64,000 nt of DNA from Lama glama (taxonomy: Eukaryota). A program made the position numbers and the translations under genes. The stretch covers positions 5,644,001 to 5,708,000 of the forward strand of contig CM052816.1 in the NCBI GenBank assembly GCA_028534125.1. Reading direction: 5' to 3'. Position 1 is the first letter of the stretch; every line of letters begins with the position of its first letter. Shown one piece after another: positions 1-11,512 of the stretch. The notes beneath the pieces are model-generated. The model had not been told where the DNA came from, did no database searches, and saw nothing but the letters and a program-made list of their open reading frames with translations.

Positions 1-170
1 AGAACAGATAACAGGAGATCTATACTGTTAACAAATGTTTAATTGTAGGCATGGTATTGTTAACTGTAGGTACAGTGTTGTGCAGCAGATCTCTAGGACT
101 TGCTCATCTTGCATAAATGGAACTTTATACTTGCTGGACGGGACCTCCCATGTCCTCCTCTCTTCAGCCC
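1..170 (-). mobile_element. Old L1 (L1MA/MB-type) 3' fragment
   Basis: gttgtgcagcagatctctaggacttgctcatcttgcataa is typical L1M 3'UTR antisense sequence. Confidence 0.65.
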
Positions 171-490
171 CTTATCTGGCTTGTTTTTAAAATTTTGGTC
201 TTTTTTGTCCTCCAGACGGTTGTGCGAATTCCAGGTCAATCAATGACACACGAGAGTCCTAATTCCTTCTCATAGGTCAGAGAAGACTTTTGTCGAGCCC
301 CAGGGGCTTGACTTTCTGGATGCAGGGTTTCTTTCTGTGAGTGTCCTGAAAGTGTCATGAAGCCCAGCAGTGAAATCCCTCTGGTCACATAGCACCTGGG
401 GCTGTGGGCCTCCTTCCCTGGCTGGCTTCTGCCACAGTAGCACCTGGAGCTCACCTCGACCTGGGCTTAGTGATGGGGAACAGACATGTG

Positions 491-1028
491 TGTTGACCGA
501 AAAAAATGCACAACCTAGAAGTTGAGAGTTATGCTTTATTCAGTGGACATTTCTGAGACTTAAGCCCGGCATGCTGCCACTCAGATCACTCTAATGCACT
601 GCTCCAAAGAGGCAGGGGAGGAGCCAGGATATATAGGAATTTTGCAACAAAGACCAGGTAGTTGGAACATCAAAAGATTACTGTTAGTCAAAGAAAACCA
701 GGTATCTCAAGTTAAGGAATTTAGCGCTTTTCTATGCATGGGAAGATGCAAGAGTCTGGGCTCATTGCAATCGTTTGATATGCACCTTTGCTTTCTAACG
801 CCAGTATCCCATGCTTCCCATCCGTGCTTCTCATCCGAGTCCCCTCTAGGGGCACCGTTGGGTGTGGCTGCAGAGGCTGAGGACTTGGCAGTGGGCAGGC
901 TACTTGTCTCCATCCTGAGTTCCCTCCGGCTTACCATGGCTGGGGGTGGGGGGGCGGGTAGTGGCTGGTGGCTGGTGGCTGCAGCATCCTTTGTTTACTG
1001 ATATGGCAGGCAATCATTTTCATTTACA
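491..1028 (-). mobile_element. ERV1 solo LTR, MER41-like
   Basis: TG...CA ends; ttaaggaatttagcgcttttctatgcatgggaagatgcaagagtctgggctcattg motif. Confidence 0.7.
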
Positions 1029-1524
1029 CATGTTAGGTCCTTAGGAAGTGGATGCTGCCGGCACAGCCCTGGGGTGGCCCCTGGTGAGGGGAGATGCTCT
1101 TGAAGGATGCACGTGTCTGCTTCCCAGCAGGGAAAAGTCAAGAGTTAGGCTGATGCCCTGGAGTTCTGATGGCCAGTTTGGGCTTGTTGGGGAGAGGGAG
1201 GCTCTCTGAATAACAGATGCTCATTCCTTCATTCTTAGAATTGAGTGCCTTTTTCCCTTCTAACATTTTTTTCTCTGCAGTGGCTTCCAGATGCCCATTT
1301 GCAAACTGGTATAGGTCTGTGATATGGTGTTTTCATTTGTCTGTGGCAAACTGAGAAAGGAAAAGAGGAACTCTGAGTGAATTTTTAATGAGACTAAGTT
1401 TATTTAATTCCAAGGACTGTCCTTTATTCTGAGGCAGTGACCTTCTTTTTGGTGTTAAAATGTTCTTTCTTTTATGAAATGATTATGAAAGTAAATGGCA
1501 TTTTCTTTCACTCTCTTCACTTAG

Positions 1525-1612
1525 CAATTTAAAAAGCTGGAAGTTCTGTGTGGAGGCTTTTCTGTGCATGCAACCCCTCCCCCGCACCCATTCCCAACTT
1601 CTGTGTTTGTGG
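1525..1612 (+). pseudogene. CLASP-like pseudo-exon NLKSWKFCVEAFLCMQPLPRTHSQLLCLW
   Basis: Strong acceptor ctttcactctcttcacttag and donor gtaagt; open frame; FL...HxxxLxxW resembles CLASP FLETLVDFIIIHKDDLQDW. Confidence 0.45.
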
Positions 1613-1854
1613 GTAAGTTTAATCTCGTCAATAGAAACCCAAAAATGTAGGCTCCACTGGGTAAGCCCTTTCCAGGGTGAGCCTAGCCCACAGCTTTACT
1701 TCTCATATTGGCTTTTATCCAACAAACTCTTCATTCAGCAAATCTCAAGAGCCCACACTCTGGGCCAGGCCTCGTCCCAGGAGCTATGGTGGTGGATCTG
1801 GCTGGGGCAGGGACAGGTCACACTTGGCCAAGCTTCCCCAGGGCCTTTCAAGAG

Positions 1855-2262
1855 GTATCTATGTCAAATCTCTGGAACCTGTGAATGGACCTTATTTTGT
1901 AGACACTGATTAAGTTAAGGGTCTTGAGAGGAGGTGTTTATCCTGAACTGCCCCGTCAGTGCAATCACACAGATCCTTATGAGACAGAGGCAGAGGGAGT
2001 TTTGAGACAGACACACAGAAGAGGAGAGGGTGATGTGAAGATGGAGGCCGTGACTGGAGTGGTGTGGCCACAAGCCAAAGGATGCCTTCAGCTTCCCAGA
2101 GCTAAAGAGGCAAAGAACCGACTCCCCTGGAGCCTCTGGAAGGAAGGTGGCCCTGTTAACACCTTGATTTTAGACATCTGGCCTCCAGAATTATGAAAGA
2201 ATAAACGCCTGTTGTTTTCAGCCACCAAGTTTGTGGTAATTTTTTACGACAGGAAGCTAATA
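1855..2262 (+). mobile_element. MaLR LTR (MLT1C/D-like)
   Basis: ggaacctgtgaatg...gatgtgaagatggagg...gccaccaagtttgtggtaattt. Confidence 0.8.
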
Positions 2263-2950
2263 TTCTTCCCACCAAGTCAAAGAGCGTGGCTAAGCCAGGA
2301 TGAGTTACTGGGCCTGGCTGTCCTGAGTGGGTCAGCATCAAGTGGACGGCTTAGTCATACAAACCCTGCATACTTTCTTTCGTCTGGTCCACCCTTGCTG
2401 GGAATCACCCAGATCTTTTTCCCCCTGGGTCTGGACCTGCCCTTTGAGACCTTGCCTCCCACTCTGCTCCCATGGATTCTACCCCAGCCCAGAGCTAGTA
2501 ACGTCAGCGTCAGACGTGCGATCTACTCCAAACCCAGATGTGGGCCATGGCTATTTTATGTGTCGAAAACAAGTTGAACCAGCCGCAAGATTTCCTGATT
2601 CTGGATGGCAGGGAGTCCCATTCCAGTCACCCCTTGGGTCCTTCCTTGTCCCTGGAATGTGAGGAAACGTCCCGAGGTCTTGTGAACTTGGGGGTTGCTC
2701 CAACCTTGTATCCACACGCACGGCTGCTGCGTTCCTTGCCCAAGTCTACGGGATCTTGAAGGCGCTGGCTCTGCATTTTCTACTCCAAGCTGGCCCACGG
2801 GAGTCAGCCTCTCAGGATGTATCACAAGACATCCCCTCTGATTTCCCAGCACTTCCCAGCCCTGCAAGGGACAGGTGGCACCCACAGATGACTTGCTCCG
2901 CTAAGCCCTGGAGGGCATTTTCTGTCACTTTCTTCTCTCTTTCTGCTCCT

Positions 2951-3075
2951 CTTTTTTTTTTTTTTTTGGAGTGGAGGAGGTAATTAGGTTTATTTATTTT
3001 TAATGGAGATATGGGGATTGAACCCAGGACCTTGTGCATGCTAAGCAGCAGCTCTACCACTGAGCTGTACCCTCC
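2951..3075 (-). mobile_element. tRNA-derived camelid-type SINE
   Basis: Poly-T followed by ggggattgaacccaggacct...ctctaccactgagctgtaccctcc (A/B boxes on - strand). Confidence 0.85.
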
Positions 3076-3148
3076 CTGCTGACTCTTTCTGCTTCTTAAA
3101 CCCCCAAACTCACCTTCCTCTCTTCCTCTAACAATCCAGAGGAATCCT

Positions 3149-3534
3149 GTTATGGACTGAATTGTGTCCCACAGCTAAATTCCTAAGTTGAAGCCCCTCC
3201 CTCAACCCCTGCCCTGGAGTGACTGTATTTGGAGATGGGGCTTTTAAGGAGCTAATTAAGGTTGAATGAAGTCATTAGGGTGGTGGCTTAATGGCATCCT
3301 TATAGGAAAAGAAAGAGACACCTGGGATTTGTGGGCACAGAGAAGAGGCCGAGTGAGGATACAGGGAGGAGGCGGCCATCTGCAAGCCTGGGAGAGCGGT
3401 CTCATCAGAAACCAGCCCTGATGGCACCCTGAACTCGGACTTCCAGCCTCTAGAACCGTGAGAAAGTAAGTTTCTGTTGTTTAAACCACCTCATCTGTGA
3501 TATTTTGCTAGAGAAGGCCTGGCAGACTAATACA
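3149..3534 (+). mobile_element. MaLR LTR (MLT1A-like)
   Basis: tgttatggactgaattgtgtccc...gactaataca termini. Confidence 0.85.
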
Positions 3535-3742
3535 TCACCTCATTGAAGTTAGGCTTTTCCAAAATAGAAGTCATTTTTTTCTGATAGCCTCCCTGCTCTT
3601 TCCGTTTATCCAGAAACACCCATGGCCCTGAGGAAAGGGGCTGTGCTGTGAGGTGACGGTCAGTGATGGAGAAACACCTGTGCCTTATCTAAATGGCACC
3701 CAGAGCCCTGTCCACATCTAATTCATCATCCTGACATTTTAG

Positions 3743-3908
3743 CACTGGTTCTGTTTGCAAACACACGGCTATCCTGGCGCTGACTGCATGTTGCCCAACG
3801 TGCCCCTTTAAGGACGTGAGTGCTCAGAGCTTCCAGCTCCCCGCTGGGACTCTCTTCATGTCCTGCCATGATGACAGAAGAGACACCTGTGAGGATAAAA
3901 CCCTGGAG
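3743..3908 (+). pseudogene. CLASP-like pseudo-exon TGSVCKHTAILALTACCPTCPFKD...FMSCHDDRRDTCEDKTLE
   Basis: ctgacattttag acceptor, GAG|gtaagc donor, 55 open codons; resembles LGSVQAKVQKALDVTRDSFPFD...MRFIVDQTQTPNLK. Confidence 0.55.
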
Positions 3909-4198
3909 GTAAGCAGGGAGGAAGAAAAGAATTTTACATGTCAGTGTTTTCCAAAATACTTTCCATAGGGCCGTTGGTAGTACCCAAAGGACTTCTGTGA
4001 TGTAAGACTAGGGAACTGCTGGGTTAAGCATTTTTTGTTGTTTGTTTCACATCAGGTTTTCACAGAATCTTTAATGGCTCACGTCCACTGTGAATCTCTA
4101 AAGGGAGTTCACATATGCAGTATTTCCCAAAGCTAGAGGATCACTTAGCTATCTTTTCACTGAGCATCTTGTAGGTTCAGTGTTTGGTAGACCCCATT

Positions 4199-4443
4199 AT
4201 TTTTTGTAAATAAGTTCATTTGTGTCATTTTTAAAGATTCCACATTTAAGTGATTTCATATGATACTTTTCTTTCTCTTTCTGGCTTACTTCACTTAGAA
4301 TGACAATCTCCAGGTCCATCCATGCTGCTGCAAATGGCATTATTTCATTCTTTTTTATGTCTGAGTAGTATTCCATTGTATAAATTGTATACCACAGCTT
4401 CTTTATCCAGTCATCTATTGATAGACGTTTAGGTTGCTGGTGG
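4199..4443 (-). mobile_element. Short L1 fragment with target-site duplication gaccccatt
   Basis: L1 ORF2-end/3'UTR antisense sequence; direct repeats at 4190-4198 and 4444-4452. Confidence 0.8.
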
Positions 4444-5886
4444 ACCCCATTTTGGAAACTGCTGATATTCGATAAAGAGTTATGAAACCTGGAAAGGATG
4501 CTTGAGATTAGTTAGTCAGAAGCCCTTAGATTTAAATTTGGGGAAATAGGGGCCCAGGGAGGTGAAGGGACTTGTCAGGGTCATCCAGCTGATGGAAGAG
4601 CCAGGGCTAGAATCCAGGTCTCCTGATTCCCAGTGGCGTTTTTATTTCCACACCCAGGCTGAGGAAGCTTACTGGAAATTGCTGCCTCTTGGGAGTTACA
4701 GACAGGCCTCCAGCCTTGACCTGACTCCTACTCGGGAGCAGTGCTGGCTTTGTGGTGCTTAATTCCGTCAGTGAATGGTCTGGAAGGATACTCAGCATCT
4801 TCTCTAATTTTTTTTTAAAGGAAGATATTGTTTGATAAATCAAATCCAAATCTATTTTATCCAGCACATTTCCTGGTGAGATTGAAGGCCTCAGGGAAAT
4901 TTAATCCCATGTTTCTGACTGATCTTCATTTGAACTCATCTGTTTTCATTCTCCATGTTGTTTCCCTGGCCTCAGCCCTCTGAGCTTTCTTCCAATCTCT
5001 CTTCCCTCAGAAGCAAGTCATTCTATTTGGGAAGATGGAAAGGTTCCCTACCCCTAAGTGTCATGACCCCCTCCAACACCCCTCAAAAAAAACCTGGACA
5101 ATTTTAATAACCTTTCACAATGGAGAGTATGTATCAGAGGGCTGCAGAGAATCAGAAGAGTGTTTGGGACAAGAGAATGGAAATGATTAATGGCCCCCAA
5201 AATCAGGCCTGGGAAGACTTAGAATGATTCAGCTAAAAGATGGTCAAGGGGTGATTTAACAGTCTTGGCAGAAGAAGAGCAATTGAAGCCTGGAGACCAG
5301 TTCCTCCAAGAACAGAAGAGGAAGGGAGGGCCTGAAACTGTAGCATGAATGAATTAGGTTAGACTGATGGGAGGATTTCTTGGTTGTGATGGTCTTTAAC
5401 ACATCAGAGTGTATATGAAGGATTTAGAGAGAGGCCCACGGGGTGCTGGGAAGATCACAAGCTCTAAAGGCTGACATTCTCTGTCTAGTCATGCTCCTTT
5501 TGAGATATGCAAACGTGGGTAAGAGATCGACCTTGAGACCCTGTTGTCTGTATCTGAAAAAGCAGAAGTGACACACCCACCTCACAGCATTGTCAGGGGT
5601 ATAGGATAATATATGCCATGTTCTTGGCCCATGTGAGGGTCTCAAAACTGGTGGTGCTTAATATGATAATGGTCCTAATGATTACGATGAGTGATCAGTG
5701 AGCATTGGTTCCCATTCCCTTACCCTTACAGTCTCACTGGGGATGAAACCCCACGCTTCTAAATTATCCAGTAACCAAGGAAGGGGCAGTTACTACCTGG
5801 AGTGCTTGAAAGAGCTATGCTTTCTGGGCATGAAACCTCCTGGGGGAAGATATGGCCTCACTGATACTGAGATTATTTCAAACCAG

Positions 5887-6006
5887 GAGCTAATATTTAG
5901 AAATATTCTCTCACATGGAATCATTACATGCACAGATTATTTGGGTAAATTCTTCCTGAACGGTGATGTGGGACTGCAGTACAAAAAGACCTGAATACAA
6001 CTAAAG
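5887..6006 (+). pseudogene. CLASP-like pseudo-exon ELIFRNILSHGIITCTDYLGKFFLNGDVGLQYKKT*IQLK
   Basis: ccag acceptor, AAG|gtaagt donor, 120 nt phase 0-0; TGA at 5992 falls where CLASP has the R of ETRL. Confidence 0.55.
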
Positions 6007-6167
6007 GTAAGTTTTTCCGGTCAGGGAAGATCCTGGCTTTGGTGGAGGAAGTCATGGGTAGCCAATGGCCCCCCACTAGCAGATGTGTGGGACATCTGAG
6101 AGGTGCTGCATTGGTTTTTGCTTTGCATGACCACTTTGCTTTGGCTTCAGTTTCTGATTTGTTTTAG

Positions 6168-6275
6168 CAAATACCCAGAAATTTTCCGTGGATGTCAGTG
6201 TGTGGAGTCTCTTCCTGCCAATACATAGCCCACCTGAAAAATGCTGTCTCAAGTAGCTAGAGAGGGCAGTATTAG
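6168..6275 (+). pseudogene. CLASP-like pseudo-exon QIPRNFPWMSVCGVSSCQYIAHLK/MLSQVAREGSI(R), +1 frameshift in A-run near 6237-6241
   Basis: tttctgatttgttttag acceptor, AG|gtaagg donor; RxxxW resembles SRIITW; removing one A makes it phase-compatible with the 9401 segment. Confidence 0.45.
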
Positions 6276-6739
6276 GTAAGGGTCACAGTGAGTCATAAGC
6301 AACAGACTGAATTAGAGGAGGATGAGATCAGGATAGAGAAATCACGGCAAGCTTCCTGAAGGAGGGGGGACTTTGCCTAAACCTTAAAAGGAGTGATAGT
6401 TCTTGGAGAGGCAGAGGTGATGGGCGAGAGGCTGTTTAAATGGAGGGACAGCCTGGACCAAGCTATGAGGCTCAGAATGAGCCAGTGGTAAGGAACGATC
6501 ACGTGGGTGCCACTGGGAGATGAGTGAGAAATCAGGCAGCTCAGATGGTTGCGGCAGCTTATTGAGTCTATGGAAGTCACGCCAAATGTGGCATTTGAAC
6601 TTGATATCCTAGTCAGTGAACTAGTGAAGGTTTTTCACAAGGAAACAGCATGACAAAATGGGCATGACTCTGTCAGACATACTGAATTTTTAAAGTGCTG
6701 AGTAGAAAATCTACCAAACCTAGAGAAGAAAATCAGGGG

Positions 6740-8450
6740 GAAAATTCAATTATAAAAATAATTTATGTTCATGGTTTAACATTTTTAGAAAAATATAGAA
6801 AATACAGAAGAGTATACCAAGAAAAGAAAGTATCTATAGTTACCTACAGTTCTGTGAATAACCTGTTACTCACAGACAGTTTTCATTTGCTGTTGTTTTT
6901 CTTACTTTCTTTGACTTAGTTTTTACATATCTGTGAATAATTTGTGTATGTAAAGTGTATATTTTCAACTTTACATGTTTCAAAAATGTAAGTGCTTTTG
7001 CATTATTTTGAACTCTTCATGAGTATAATATTTAATGTCTCATGATATTCTAAAATACACCAAACCATTCCCTGGTTGCTAGATACGTCTTTTATTTTAG
7101 GATTTCTATTTATAATAAACATGATATGGTAAACATTTTGCATGTGGAGGTGTATATTTATTTGTTTTGAAATACTACCCAAAGTAGAAATATTGCATCA
7201 AAGTGTATAAATAAATTAAAGAATTTAAAAAGTTTTTGAAGAATATTGCAAAATTGCTTTCCAAAAGGATGCTATCCCTTTACATGTCTTTTAACAGTGT
7301 TTGATCATGTTTGTTTCAATACCTCTTGCCTTTAGAGCACTGTGTGTTCTAAATAAAAAAAACTTTGCTAAATTGCAAGGTATAAATATTTTAATTTTCA
7401 TCTCTTTGATTACTTGTAAATCGGAATATTTTTCCATATCTTTGTATGTTATTTAAACTTCTTTTATGAATTGCTCACTGATACCCTTTGGCCAATTATT
7501 TCTATTGGAATTATGGTATTTCCTTATTACTGAGTCTGAGTGAGCACTTTATATAGTAATGATGTTTAATAGCTATTTTTTCTGATAAGATTCATCTTTT
7601 AAAAAACAAATCAGAAGATGAAGATACATTTTTAAAAAATAAAACAAATATCAGTCATAATCCGACCACCCAGAGATCTGCACTGTTGATGTGGTTTCGA
7701 ATATCTTTACGGATATTTTTCTCCTGGTCATATATGTGCATATAAATAGGAGCTTACATCAAAAATGAGAGGAGTGGGACCACAATTCCCAAGTTATTTT
7801 GTAACTGCTTTGTTTCAGGTAGTAGACTGTAGACACCTTTTCCACGCCAATAAATGTACCAAGATCTACATTATCATCTTTACTATTTGGGTCGTATTTC
7901 ATTGTACTACCTTGTTTATTTGTATATCCTTTGTTTATTTGATCAATCTCCAGATTAACTTGTATGTTGTTGAAAGTTTCCTTTTTTTTTCTATTGCAAA
8001 CATATCCATAGTGAATATATTGTAGTTGTAACCATATGCGACCCCACTCCTATTTCCAGAATAATTCTGAGGAGTGAAATTGGTGGGGCACAGGGTGAAC
8101 ATATTTAATGTTTTGACGTGTATCACCAAACTGCTCTCTGTGAAGTGTTAAGAACCCTCACTTCTGTCCATCACGGATATAGTGTTTCCCACTATATCAT
8201 CAATTCTGAGTTACTTTCACAACTTTGCTAATCTGATAGGTGAAAAATAAGTTTCTTATTTTTATTTCTGTCTTTTTTTGTTGTTAGAGACATCAAGAGA
8301 CTTTTAATTTACCAACTAGCTGTTTCATGTTTCATTGTCCATAGGTGGTCCAATTTTCTTTTGGGATGTTTATACTGAGAAATCATTTTCTATAAACTAC
8401 ATTTACTTTTCTAATAGTCAGTTCTATCAATTTTTATCCCTATGAACATT
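6740..8450 (-). mobile_element. Degraded old L1 (L1ME-like) fragments
   Basis: AT-rich; ttgcaaaattgctttccaaaagg and tttgctaatctgataggtgaaaaat motifs. Confidence 0.6.
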
Positions 8451-9400
8451 TGATTTTTTTCCCCCTGATTTTCTAATTAGATCTGAGGAGGTATGTTTTG
8501 AATTACCTTCTTGAAATCTGGGGAGAACATGGTTTTGTTGGAAGACAGAGGAAGGCTGATAATTTAGAGATAAGAATAGAAACATTGTGCTGCACATAGA
8601 GCATAACAGAAGATTAGTTTGAACATTTTCTGGTTTCTAGTGCCTTTTTCTTTTTAAAGTGGCACCTCCATTCTCCTGGACAAAAAACATGAAAACAGTC
8701 TTTTCATTTGTGCTGCTTCATTCCATATATTCAGTGGGTCAGCTTCTTCAGTTTCTTCCTTTGAGTCATATCTTGGATTTGAACTTGGTTCTCCTTCTTT
8801 TTCCAGCATCACCTAGTTCTGGATTATTGCCACACGTGCATGTATGTGTATATGTATGTACACGTACAGCTCTAGGAGGGCGGATCTTTGATCATCTATT
8901 GACTGCTGTATCCCAGCACTTCAAACAGACCTTGAAACTGAGCAGGGGCTCAACTGATATATTTTGAAGTGAAGAGATGGGCCAGGAGAAAAGAATGGCT
9001 AGTTTAGTTGTTTTACTCATCAAGGACTGCTCTCTCAGGAAGAAAGCAGTCTGTCTACCCTCTCTCCCTCTGACCATCCATTCTTTATTCATGGGTGCCT
9101 GAAATCCCTTGTGAAAAGAGACAAGTTAAAAAGTGAATTAATTGCAGTTATTAGCTAGAACTCTGTCCATAATAGAAATAGACTTGAATTAGGTCAAATA
9201 AAGGCGGGGGGGACTTACTGTAAGGCTGATGTCTTCACGGACATCAAAGGCAGAGATGCAGCTGGACTGTAGGAAGGGACTGCAGAATGAAGATGATGAG
9301 ATTCTTTGGTCTCTGGACTTTTTTCTTTTCTGAATATCTGCTTTTGTCTATTATTTTTATTAACCCTAAATACTAGTTTCCTCTTCTTCTTGGACCACAG

Positions 9401-9472
9401 GGATGCTAGCTTTAACCATGGGACGGTTCCTGAATTTGTATCTCCTCTATTCAAGGGACTAGCCTAGACTGG
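9401..9472 (+). pseudogene. CLASP-like pseudo-exon DASFNHGTVPEFVSPLFKGLA*T
   Basis: Long pyrimidine tract plus cacag acceptor; degenerate donor (gataag/ataaga); resembles NTPEFTMLLGALPKT; TAG at 9465. Confidence 0.45.
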
Positions 9473-9924
9473 ATAAGAATCTCTGTTTCATTTCCAGACT
9501 TCCAAAAGAAAAGGGCCAAGCAACTGTGAACTTGGGAGCAGGGCCACATTGTAGAAGCATGGCTTGTGGGAGCTGGTGGCCTGAGGAGTAGTTAAGGGGA
9601 CCCTGGGGTGTCTGTAGACACTATGAAGTGGTCCACAGTTACTATCATGAACTGGGCAGTGGGCTGCATGGGACAAGCTGTCTTTATCAACCAAACTCTA
9701 CTGAGCTTTTCCCCTTGGAATCGTCTATCTAGACTCTGTCCCTTTTGGTCAAGGATTTCACAAGAACATCCCAAAGAGGGAAAATGTTTTTAGGACTAAT
9801 GAAATTCCGAGAATATGGGACTACATGGGAAAACATGGAACAGTTAACACATGAGCTTTGGAATTAATGGTAACTTTTATTAAGGACACAGCTCTCCACT
9901 GTGTTTAATTATTCTCTTGCTAGC

Positions 9925-10064
9925 TGGGGTTGGCAGACCTAGCTGTTCTGGGAAGTTATGTATGTCCTATGCAACATTTAGGACATACTTGTACAGAAGA
10001 ATATTAATTGTTTGTTTGAAATTACGATTTAACTGGGTATCCACTATTTTATTTGGCAATCCTA
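9925..10064. mobile_element. MER53-like hAT non-autonomous element
   Basis: gggttggcaga...tttaactgggtatcc...atttggcaatccta terminal inverted similarity. Confidence 0.6.
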
Positions 10065-10441
10065 AGCCTAACATCATTAATTATATTTGGAGAAGAAGGT
10101 TTGAGTAAATTGAAATCAATTAATCATATTTTTGAGGTTCTGGTGTTTTGACACTCCTCAGTAAACTAGTGTGTTGGGGCATTAAATTATAAATCGTTCA
10201 TTCCCATAGGTACATATTCCTAGAAGGCAAGCTGAGGGCAATGCGAAAAAAAGGACAGATCCATGGGGTAAATATTAGAACTGTGGCTAAACACTTTAGT
10301 GTTCCCTTTTCTACCCTACAAACTAAACAAACCAACCCTCAGAAACCCCGCTCAGTTATGCCTGTACTTTTACCATTAGAGATTTATTCTTTTGGCTTAA
10401 AGTACCCTGCCTGCATCCTGAAAAGATGAATATCTACTTAG

Positions 10442-10502
10442 AAAGAACAGCAGCAAGTCTCATCAGGCATTTCATACCTCAGCAGGGTCTTTCAGTGATT
10501 AA
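10442..10502 (+). pseudogene. Possible pseudo-exon (E)RTAASLIRHFIPQQ
   Basis: tacttag acceptor; weak similarity to DGATKLLHNHL; 3' end uncertain. Confidence 0.2.
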
Positions 10503-11012
10503 GTAGTATAGTTCTAGTTGCTTTTTCTTCCACCTACAACCCGTCAAAATTAATGATTCTCCCTTCTACATTCTCTTAGATTCATTTATTCATTCTGTAA
10601 ACCTCTATTGGGTACTTACTATTTATTGAGTATCTGGTATTTTGCTAGACACAGAGTAGAGAATTATGCTCAAGACATCCTGGCCCTCACCTATCAGAAT
10701 TCTCAGCACTATGCGTGAGGACCTATAGGCCAGGGGCTCCTCAGAGTGAGAAACAGGATTTACTCCTCTCTGTAAACCTGGCTTCTAGCGTAGTATCACA
10801 CAACTGTCAGATTGAAGCCTGGTGCTTGAAGAGTTCAAGGGGAAAGCTTTCAGAAAGTGTGGCTAAATGGGCTGAAGATACTTTGGCCCCATTCATGATT
10901 TGCTGATAAGCTGACCCTTTCTAGAGGGTTGGCTGCCAATCAGTCTCACATCTCAGCCCATCATCCCTTTGAGTGTCCCAGAGTGATGTGGGATTTTCTT
11001 GCTCACAGGTAG

Positions 11013-11512
11013 NNNNNNNNNNNNNNNNNNNNNNNNNNNNNNNNNNNNNNNNNNNNNNNNNNNNNNNNNNNNNNNNNNNNNNNNNNNNNNNNNNNNNNNN
11101 NNNNNNNNNNNNNNNNNNNNNNNNNNNNNNNNNNNNNNNNNNNNNNNNNNNNNNNNNNNNNNNNNNNNNNNNNNNNNNNNNNNNNNNNNNNNNNNNNNNN
11201 NNNNNNNNNNNNNNNNNNNNNNNNNNNNNNNNNNNNNNNNNNNNNNNNNNNNNNNNNNNNNNNNNNNNNNNNNNNNNNNNNNNNNNNNNNNNNNNNNNNN
11301 NNNNNNNNNNNNNNNNNNNNNNNNNNNNNNNNNNNNNNNNNNNNNNNNNNNNNNNNNNNNNNNNNNNNNNNNNNNNNNNNNNNNNNNNNNNNNNNNNNNN
11401 NNNNNNNNNNNNNNNNNNNNNNNNNNNNNNNNNNNNNNNNNNNNNNNNNNNNNNNNNNNNNNNNNNNNNNNNNNNNNNNNNNNNNNNNNNNNNNNNNNNN
11501 NNNNNNNNNNNN
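11013..11512. other. Assembly gap (500 N)
   Basis: N run. Confidence 1.

Noticed and set aside
4658..4762. Acceptor-like site followed by AEEAYWKLLPLGSYRQA, reminiscent of an MROH9 segment; I initially considered the whole locus MROH-like
   Set aside because: Similarity stops after 17 residues, there is no good donor, and the order is inconsistent. CLASP explains more segments colinearly, though a different HEAT-repeat family is not excluded.
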